The notes under the pieces are model-generated. The model saw only the letters and a program-made list of their open reading frames with translations, was not told the origin of the DNA and did no database searches. A DNA stretch of 32,000 bases, taken from contig OZ245819.1 in the NCBI GenBank assembly GCA_965228485.1, positions 420,001-452,000 on the forward strand. The letters are read 5' to 3'. Position numbers and translations under genes: made by a program. Below, in pieces: positions 25,527 to 32,000 of the stretch. How positions within the stretch are numbered: position 1 is the stretch's first letter; the number at the start of each line of letters is the position of its first letter. The DNA comes from Candidatus Saccharimonadota bacterium (GTDB taxonomy: Bacteria > Patescibacteriota > Gracilibacteria > UBA4473).

Positions 25527-26183
25527 TTAGTTTTGTTGGATATCTTTTACTTTTTCCCAGTCAGCTAAAAAAGCTGCAAGTCCTTTATCGGTCAAAGGAT
25601 GTTTTACCAACTGATCAAATATCTTCGGAGGAATCGTAGCAATATCAGCCCCTACCATCATTGAATCCACTACATGTTTTGGGTGACGGATTGAGGCCGA
25701 TAGGACTTCTGTCTCAAATCCATAAACATTATACACATGTACGATATCAGCAATCAGTTGCATTCCATCTTCTGAAATATCATCAAGTCTTCCAACAAAT
25801 GGAGACACTAGAGTCGCTCCAGCTTTAGCAGCCATAAGTGCCTGAGACACTGAGAAGACTAAAGTGACATTCGTACGAATTCCTTCGGCACTAAAAACTT
25901 TTACCGCTTTGAGCCCTTCGCTGGTCATCGGCACTTTTACAAAAATATTTTTATGCCACTTGGCAGCCTTTCTTCCCTCTTCAATCATTCCTTCTGCTTC
26001 CGTAGAGATTACTTCTGCTGAGATCGGACCATCTACAATTTTGGCAATTTCTTTAATTCGAGTTTCTAAATCAACTCCCTCTTTTGCAATCAAACTGGGA
26101 TTTGTGGTAACGCCGTCAACAATCCCCCATGAGGCGTATTTTTCAATGTCATTAATGTCAGCCGTGTCTAAGAAAAATTTCAT
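25527..26183 (-). CDS. tal: Transaldolase, short (fructose-6-phosphate aldolase-like) type
   Basis: [13 protein letters not shown]...GVTTNPSLI, the Schiff-base lysine context FVKVPMT, and 218 aa. Confidence 0.93.
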   Translation of the reverse strand: MKFFLDTADINDIEKYASWGIVDGVTTNPSLIAKEGVDLETRIKEIAKIVDGPISAEVISTEAEGMIEEGRKAAKWHKNIFVKVPMTSEGLKAVKVFSAEGIRTNVTLVFSVSQALMAAKAGATLVSPFVGRLDDISEDGMQLIADIVHVYNVYGFETEVLSASIRHPKHVVDSMMVGADIATIPPKIFDQLVKHPLTDKGLAAFLADWEKVKDIQQN

Positions 26184-26255
26184 TCGTTTTTTATAATCGA
26201 CAAAATTGTAACTGAGGTGGATTCATTTCCCAAATAAGAATCGTTGCCGAAACTA

Positions 26256-26882
26256 CTATTTACGGAGTAATGGCACTAAATCTTCCCACATATTTTCAGC
26301 AATAACCTTATGCCCAGCTTCATTCGGATGAATATTATCCGACTGCATATAACGCTGATCAAGCATAATACCTTTCAAAATATTGGGCATAAGCACCAGA
26401 TCATTTTCCTTGGCTAAATGCTTATACATTTTTTTCGCTTCTCCAACATACCCAAGCCCTCTTGTCGGTGGAGCGGTAACGCCAACCAACATGACATCAG
26501 CATTTTTTTCTTGAATAGCCTGAATGATATCTGTGAGATTTTTTTGAGACTTCGAGATAGTCACTCTTTTGAGAAAATCATTTCCTCCCAGGGCTACAAC
26601 CACAACTTCTGGTTCAGCCTCTAAAACGGCTTCTAAACGTTCAAGCCCATCTTCAGTTTTATCACCACTAATTCCCTGATTTATCACGGTATAATCATAG
26701 CCTTCTCGCTCTAAATACTGCTGGATAAGAGTCGTATATCGATCCTTTTCAGAAACTTCATATCCCTCAGTAATGCTATCACCTAGGAATACAATATTCC
26801 CAGTTTTAACACGATCTTCTGATATATCGCTTCCACAGGCAGATACAAAAAATGCCAAGCTGAATAGAATTAATTTTTTCAT
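26256..26882 (-). CDS. SGNH/GDSL hydrolase lipoprotein (TesA / lysophospholipase L1-like)
   Basis: Lipobox FFVSAC. Block I FLGDSITEG, block III GGNDF, block V DNIHPNEAGH. It overlaps the upstream gene's stop by 1 nt (TAATG). Confidence 0.8.
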   Translation of the reverse strand: MKKLILFSLAFFVSACGSDISEDRVKTGNIVFLGDSITEGYEVSEKDRYTTLIQQYLEREGYDYTVINQGISGDKTEDGLERLEAVLEAEPEVVVVALGGNDFLKRVTISKSQKNLTDIIQAIQEKNADVMLVGVTAPPTRGLGYVGEAKKMYKHLAKENDLVLMPNILKGIMLDQRYMQSDNIHPNEAGHKVIAENMWEDLVPLLRK

Positions 26883-28270
26883 TATTTACTGAGTTCAATA
26901 TTTAGTTTTCGGGCTGCATTACGGATAACTTCGCTAAGGGCAGGATGTATATAAATCATTTTCAACAAATCATCGGCTGTAGCCTCCATTGTCATATAAG
27001 CAATCAACATATGAATAATATCAGAAGCTTTTTCGCCAATAATATGGGCTCCAATTAGGCGTTTTGTTTTCTTCTCTGCAATGAGTTTTACCATTCCAAC
27101 TTCAGGTAACATCGCCATTCCCATAGCTGAATTTTTGTACTTCTGAATTGCTACGACGTAATCTTTATTTATAGCTTTTCCTTCCCTCATAAGCTGATCC
27201 TCTGTGACTCCAACTCCTGCAATCTGAGGATAAGAAAAAATGGCATGCGGTATGGGAGGATATTTTATTGATGATTCTGGAGTGACTCCAAAATGCTGAT
27301 CAAATAAATACTCACCTTCAAAATTCACACTATGTCGAAATAGATAGCGTCCCAAAACATCTCCGAGCGCATACACTCCAGGTTCACCAGTTTCTAACTG
27401 ATCATTTACTTTAATCCAACCTTTGGCCCCTAATTCGACCTTCGTATTTTCAAGTCCTAAGTCGTCAGTATTCGGGACAACTCCAGTAGCCACAAAAAGA
27501 CTATCGGCTTTCATCACTGACTCCCCTTCTGACGTTTGAACGGTTACTGAGAAAATCCCATCTTCATAAGAAACTTTCTTCGGAGAAACTCCAAAATGAA
27601 CATTATATCTTGAACTAAAATTTTGTTCAAACTCTGATCGAATATCTTTATCTTCCGCTTTGATCATTGAGCTTCTCACTAAGAAGTTCACCTCTGTCCC
27701 TAAAGCTCCATAAACGTGTCCAAGCTCAACGGCAATATATCCTCCGCCAATAATAATCATTTTCTCTGGCAGTGTCTTTTGTTTTAGGGCTTCTCTACTC
27801 GTCATAAAAGGTGTGCCTTCCAGTCCTGGAATATTCGGGATTTGGGGACGAGACCCTGTGGCTATATAGATTTTCTCAGCCGCAATCTGTTCACCATTCA
27901 CCTCTATAATCTTTGATTTTACAAACCGAGCATGACCACGATAAAGATCAATATTCGGATGTTTATCATACCCTGGGGCAATACTCTCAGAATCTGCGGA
28001 AATGGTTTCATTAATACGAATGGAAAGCGCTTCAAAATCAATTTCAAAACTTGGATCGGTCGTAATATCAAATTTTTCATGATCCTCTTTCCAATGAGTG
28101 GCCAAATCAGCTGGATAGATAAACATTTTTGAAGGAATACATCCACGATTTAGACAAGTCCCTCCGAGATCTTCTTTTTCAATAATAGCCACTTTCTTTC
28201 CTAAATCTGCGGCTGGGCGAAGCTTCGTTCCCCCTCCCGTTCCGATGATAATCAAATCATAATGTTTCAT
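26882..28270 (-). CDS. Class-I pyridine nucleotide-disulfide oxidoreductase (dihydrolipoyl dehydrogenase / mycothione-reductase-like)
   Basis: YDLIIIGTGGG, redox GGTCLNRGCIPSK, IIGGGYIAVELG, and a C-terminal His-Glu dyad IHPALSE. I prefer the ATG at 28270 (MKHYDL...) to the longer ORF-track start at 28321. Confidence 0.85.
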   Translation of the reverse strand: MKHYDLIIIGTGGGTKLRPAADLGKKVAIIEKEDLGGTCLNRGCIPSKMFIYPADLATHWKEDHEKFDITTDPSFEIDFEALSIRINETISADSESIAPGYDKHPNIDLYRGHARFVKSKIIEVNGEQIAAEKIYIATGSRPQIPNIPGLEGTPFMTSREALKQKTLPEKMIIIGGGYIAVELGHVYGALGTEVNFLVRSSMIKAEDKDIRSEFEQNFSSRYNVHFGVSPKKVSYEDGIFSVTVQTSEGESVMKADSLFVATGVVPNTDDLGLENTKVELGAKGWIKVNDQLETGEPGVYALGDVLGRYLFRHSVNFEGEYLFDQHFGVTPESSIKYPPIPHAIFSYPQIAGVGVTEDQLMREGKAINKDYVVAIQKYKNSAMGMAMLPEVGMVKLIAEKKTKRLIGAHIIGEKASDIIHMLIAYMTMEATADDLLKMIYIHPALSEVIRNAARKLNIELSK

Positions 28271-28324
28271 AACTACCATTTTATGAACCATTACAAAATG
28301 CTCAAGCCGAGACCGTTGCACAGA

Positions 28325-29704
28325 CTACGATGAAATTTTTTTATTCAAAACTGAAACTATTTTAGAAACCTCAATATCCTCCTTTTCTCCGGTCTTCATA
28401 TCTTTTAGTTGAACAATTTTATTGTTCATTTCGTTTTCGCCCATTACGATGCAATATGGAATCTTTAGTTTATCGGCGTAATCAAACTTCTTCCCAAGTT
28501 TTTTATCTTCTAGATAATTTTCTGCCACAATCCCCGCTGTTCTCAATTCTGTCCCAAGAGAAAGCAAAGAAGGCAAGGCTACGTCATCGGCTGAAATCAA
28601 GAGAACCTGAGTCGGACTTGATTTATCTGGGATAATAAGCCCCGCCTCTAAACACTGAGAAAACAAACGTGTAAGCCCAATAGAGATTCCTACTCCAGGC
28701 AACTTTTTCCCCGTAAAAATTGAGGCTAAGTCCTCATACCTTCCTCCACTACAAACGGACCCAAATCCAGGATATTTTAATACTTTAGTCTCATATATTG
28801 TGCCTGTATAATAATCTAATCCTCGAGCAAGAAATGGATCTATCAATAAATTTGATGCATCCACCCCAATATCTTTTACTAAACTAAAATAAACTGTTTG
28901 CAAATCAGAAACACCTTCCAAACATTCTGAAGAGAAACTTAATACTGATTTTAATTTGGTAAAATAATCATCCTCAATAATTGTTCCACCAGAAATTTTG
29001 CAATCAACAATTCCTGCAAGAATATCTTTGAACTCATTTAAGTTATTAATTTTTTCTCCTAGAAAATCTAATTTTTTCTCAAAATCTTTATCTGATAATT
29101 TTTCTTTCTCGTCAAAGGTGTCCAATAACAGTTTTACTGGAATATTAAAGTGGTTAGCAATCCCCACTAAAATTTTTCTATTGTTAATTTGAACGACAAA
29201 GTCGCCTATGTCCAATTTCTTAAAAATCTCAATAATAATAGCGGGAATCTGAGCATCATTAAGTAACGATAGTTCTCCATTACCGATAACATCGATATCA
29301 CACTGATCAAACTGACGAAATCGTCCTTTTTGAGCTCTCTCTCCACGAAACACTGGACCAATCACACTTCGACGAAATGGAAAAGTCAGTTCATTTTGGT
29401 GTCGAGCTACATACAGCGCCAGTGGCACAGTTTGATCAAATCTCAGCGCATTTCCTGAGTGACTCTTGTCCCCTTCTTCGTCTAAAAGTCTTTTGAGAAC
29501 ATACATTTCTTTGGCATTTCCTCCTTTCCCCAACAAATTTTCTTCCCGCTCAACAATTGGAGTCGTAATGGGAATAAAACCAAATTTAGAAAAAGAAGAC
29601 GAGATAATTTTTATCCATTCCTGACGAATAGCTTCCTCTGCAGGAGAAAACTCAGGAAATCCAGAAGGGTTTTTTACGTTAAACTTAGACATCAACAGTA
29701 TCAT
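28325..29704 (-). CDS. hisS: Histidine--tRNA ligase
   Basis: Class II motif 2 FRGERAQKGRFRQFDQCDIDVIG, motif 3 GISIGLTRL, and a C-terminal anticodon-binding domain. An alternative ATG lies at 29692 (MSKFNV...). Confidence 0.93.
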   Translation of the reverse strand: MILLMSKFNVKNPSGFPEFSPAEEAIRQEWIKIISSSFSKFGFIPITTPIVEREENLLGKGGNAKEMYVLKRLLDEEGDKSHSGNALRFDQTVPLALYVARHQNELTFPFRRSVIGPVFRGERAQKGRFRQFDQCDIDVIGNGELSLLNDAQIPAIIIEIFKKLDIGDFVVQINNRKILVGIANHFNIPVKLLLDTFDEKEKLSDKDFEKKLDFLGEKINNLNEFKDILAGIVDCKISGGTIIEDDYFTKLKSVLSFSSECLEGVSDLQTVYFSLVKDIGVDASNLLIDPFLARGLDYYTGTIYETKVLKYPGFGSVCSGGRYEDLASIFTGKKLPGVGISIGLTRLFSQCLEAGLIIPDKSSPTQVLLISADDVALPSLLSLGTELRTAGIVAENYLEDKKLGKKFDYADKLKIPYCIVMGENEMNNKIVQLKDMKTGEKEDIEVSKIVSVLNKKISS

Positions 29705-29717
29705 AAACCAATTCTAA

Positions 29718-29742
29718 TAATCTAAAAATTAATTTTAGATTA
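29718..29742. repeat. 10-bp perfect inverted repeat with 5-nt spacer in the hisS upstream region
   Basis: TAATCTAAAA-attaa-TTTTAGATTA. A related direct copy, AAAAATTAACTTTAGGATT, lies at 29765-29783. Confidence 0.5.
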
Positions 29743-29906
29743 AGAAGCATTATGTCCTTAATGAAAAATTAACTTTAGGATTTTAAAAAAATACCCCCTC
29801 TTAAAATGAAAAAAAAAACGAACATGACCCTCATCTCACCCAGCAAAATTCAGAACAAAAAATTGGAGCCATTAACGAACAGCCCTTATCCTCTCCTTGC
29901 GATTTT

Positions 29907-30647
29907 TTGGAGAGTCTTGTAGATGCGTATCGTGATGTTTTTGCCCATGGATCACCCGTAGACCCTCGCGGGTGGGGCGAATATGCTCTGGATAAAGATA
30001 ATCAAACAATATCTATAGAGGATGTATATGGCCTTACTAAATACACCCCAGTAAAAGAACTTGAACGTAATCAAATCCCGCATCATAAACTCTTCCACCC
30101 ACCTTTACTCGTTCAAAAAACTATCATGCAGGAAATGAAAAAACCTGGAAGTGCGGGAAGTTACTGCCTCGATCAGAGTGGTGAAATAGTCGGATTTTCA
30201 TGGGGGTGGATCACAACCTTAATAAAATTGTGGGAAGAAAAATTTAATGACTTTTATGCCCATAGTCGCTTAAACTGCGATGAATTCTTGAGAACAACCT
30301 GTGCAAACTCTGAATACAAACTCACACCAGAAACACCTATTTTTTACTGGGCCGAGGTTGGACATACTCTACCCAATCGCTCTCTAAATCTTTTACAAGA
30401 AAATATGTCAAGCACTCTTAGCCAAATAGACACATCTAAATCTGATGTTTGCATATTCTCTACCGACCCAAAGTCTCCAATATTTAAAATTATGATTTAT
30501 GGTTGTGGAGCTAAAGTAATTTGTACAGTTGATGATTCTCAATTAGTGGTCATGGAAGCATCGATAACAGAAATGTCTGGAACCTTCGGTAGAAATGCTA
30601 GTGGCATAAGAAAAAAAATATTTCAAGCCATTAAATCAAAAAATTGA
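29907..30647 (+). CDS. Hypothetical protein, possibly GNAT-like acyltransferase fold; N-terminus uncertain
   Basis: The ORF-track start is a TTG. The frame stays open upstream to 29805 with no canonical start codon. An out-of-frame ATG followed by A10 lies at 29806-29818. The pattern GEIVGFSWGW...IFYWAEVGHTLPNRS...IMIYGCGAKV is loosely GNAT-like. This is the only gene in the window ending in TGA. Confidence 0.5.
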   Translation: MESLVDAYRDVFAHGSPVDPRGWGEYALDKDNQTISIEDVYGLTKYTPVKELERNQIPHHKLFHPPLLVQKTIMQEMKKPGSAGSYCLDQSGEIVGFSWGWITTLIKLWEEKFNDFYAHSRLNCDEFLRTTCANSEYKLTPETPIFYWAEVGHTLPNRSLNLLQENMSSTLSQIDTSKSDVCIFSTDPKSPIFKIMIYGCGAKVICTVDDSQLVVMEASITEMSGTFGRNASGIRKKIFQAIKSKN

Positions 30648-30684
30648 CCTCAATAATGTTATCCACTAAAACCATTGATATAAA

Positions 30685-32000
30685 ATGAACCCCGCTTTAA
30701 CTTTTGGTATCGCCTGCACATTATACTTTTTAATTGCTTCTTTTGTAATTCGAGAAGAGGTGAATCCCAGAAATCTTAGCTTTACCACCTTTATTTTAGG
30801 ATGCCTACTTTGGACGGCAACGCTCTATATTTACTTCTTTCTACCCTTAGGAGAGCTTCTTTATCCTATCGGTAAACTGAACTATTCCGTAGCATTGTTG
30901 ATACCATTAGGCTTACTCTGCTTTCTTTATTACTTTCCTCAAAAGGCTTTTCTTCTCCCAAAAAATAGTATTCCATTATTAGTTGTTAGCACGACAATTT
31001 TATTTTTAATAACACAATTCACGCCACTCATTATTGAAAATGAAATCTATGGTGAAGAGGGTCCAGAAGTCATACTTGGCCCAATATATGATAGTTATAT
31101 TATTTATTGGCATGTTCTAATTCTCGCTTCCGTTATTCTTGGTTTTATTAAATATAGAAAGCTTAAGAAACTTCAAAAACAAAACTTTGCCTGCATCTTC
31201 TATGTGTCAAGTGTATGCACCTTATTAATGCTATTTTTCAATGGAGTTCTCCCAAAATTTGGAATATTTATTGCTCAACAATATTCATTTTTACTAATGC
31301 TTCCGATTGCGGTGGTAAGCTTCTACGCGTTTATTAAATACCAGTTCCTCAATATTAAGCTTACAATCTCAAACAATACAAAAACATTTTTTGCACTATT
31401 AATTTCTAGTGGTTTTGTAAGCTTCCTCTATTTTCATAGTGCTCCGTTTCTCAACCCTTCTTGGGAGCCAACTATTTTTATTTTCTCAATTATTGTTGCT
31501 ACTTTTATCTACAAAGAAGCCATAAAATTCTTTAATTCTGATATTTTCCATGCTTACTTCTGGATTACCAATGAAGAGTATTTGAAAAACATTATCAACA
31601 ACTTCAAAAATCAAAACAAGCGATACACATCTATTGAAACACTTGAGCAAGAATTGATCGAAAGCTTTAGTGGCAAATTCAAAATCTCTCCAGTAAAGGT
31701 AGTTATCTTTAATAAAAAAAACGAGAAAAAATATCATTCGTTGATAAATCTATTCAATACTCTTGGGATTCATAGAATCTTCTATAAAAAGGATAAACAA
31801 CTAAAATTGCCCAAGGAAGCTTCTAGGCTAGGAACTGTAATCGTCCCCCTTTCTACTCCTGATCATAAAGTTGTTGGAGCCCTTATCTTAGGAAAGAAAA
31901 TACTAGAAGATACTTATGGTAATTATGAATTAAAACTCATTGAATCGTTTAGACCTTACCTCAATCTTCAAACTACCAATATTCTGTACAATGCAGCACT
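30685..32000 (+). CDS. Multi-TM sensor protein, N-terminal 438 aa (probable sensor histidine kinase or similar; 3' end outside the window)
   Basis: I translated this by hand from the ATG at 30685 to the window edge and found no stop. It is absent from the ORF track. It has about 7-8 hydrophobic helices (MNPALTFGIACTLYFLIASFVI ... TIFIFSIIVATFIY). A soluble GAF-like region follows (VVGALILGKKILEDTYGNYELKLIESFRPYLNLQTTNILYNAA). Confidence 0.7.
   Translation, partial: MNPALTFGIACTLYFLIASFVIREEVNPRNLSFTTFILGCLLWTATLYIYFFLPLGELLYPIGKLNYSVALLIPLGLLCFLYYFPQKAFLLPKNSIPLLVVSTTILFLITQFTPLIIENEIYGEEGPEVILGPIYDSYIIYWHVLILASVILGFIKYRKLKKLQKQNFACIFYVSSVCTLLMLFFNGVLPKFGIFIAQQYSFLLMLPIAVVSFYAFIKYQFLNIKLTISNNTKTFFALLISSGFVSFLYFHSAPFLNPSWEPTIFIFSIIVATFIYKEAIKFFNSDIFHAYFWITNEEYLKNIINNFKNQNKRYTSIETLEQELIESFSGKFKISPVKVVIFNKKNEKKYHSLINLFNTLGIHRIFYKKDKQLKLPKEASRLGTVIVPLSTPDHKVVGALILGKKILEDTYGNYELKLIESFRPYLNLQTTNILYNAA

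Noticed and set aside
30658-30666. A near-consensus DnaA box, TTATCCACT, in the 37-nt spacer before the sensor gene.
   Set aside because: It is a single 8/9 match about 28 kb from dnaA with no neighbouring boxes or AT-rich unwinding element. Finding one such match in 32 kb of AT-rich sequence is not evidence for an origin.
31486-31737. An 83-aa minus-strand ORF from the track.
   Set aside because: It is antisense to the uninterrupted 438-codon sensor ORF that I translated by hand, and its product is an implausible peptide.
1-32000. UGA recoding (genetic code 4 or 25), considered because TGA stops are nearly absent.
   Set aside because: All conserved genes (dnaA, pnp, gnd, zwf, hisS, pgi and others) are full length under the standard code with no in-frame TGA. 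UGA is therefore not a commonly used sense codon here. I report only the depletion.
1-32000. Search for tRNA, rRNA, CRISPR arrays, IS elements, integrases and prophage genes.
   Set aside because: No intergenic gap exceeds about 200 nt. The larger gaps (8257-8424, 29705-29906, 11093-11223) show no tRNA-like GTTCGAATC T-arm motif and no regularly spaced repeats. No ORF has transposase or integrase motifs.

Overview
This is a compact segment of low-GC bacterial chromosome (high-30s % GC by eye). It uses the standard genetic code and is almost entirely housekeeping. I support about 30 protein genes. They include purA (5' partial), dnaA, a divergent metal-transporter/DtxR-MntR pair, pnp-rpsO and a divergent aspartokinase-like gene. 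Also present are a DedA(TVP38)-flavoprotein disulfide reductase pair, pepF and a complete oxidative pentose-phosphate operon (gnd-zwf-pgl). The remainder includes a LOG-family gene, a Tam41/Mmp37-type gene, tal-pgi, an SGNH lipoprotein, a second disulfide reductase, hisS, and several orphans. One long ORF at the 3' edge (30685..>32000, a multi-TM sensor) is missing from the supplied ORF track because it has no stop codon in the window. I see no rRNA, tRNA, CRISPR array, transposase or integrase, and no obvious multi-gene defence or secretion island.

The items most worth a second look:
- A eukaryote-type Tam41 CDP-DAG synthase homologue.
- A split DedA/disulfide-reductase module whose catalytic His is replaced by Tyr.
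- An aspartokinase-like protein with degenerate catalytic motifs.
- An A10 tract that separates an ATG from the body of a downstream ORF.
- A perfect 16-bp DtxR-like palindrome inside a divergent promoter.
- Genome-style signals: no Shine-Dalgarno sequences, promoters placed for leaderless mRNAs, TGA almost unused as a stop codon, and every convergent gene pair overlapping.

All functional calls come from motif recognition by eye. No database search was run.
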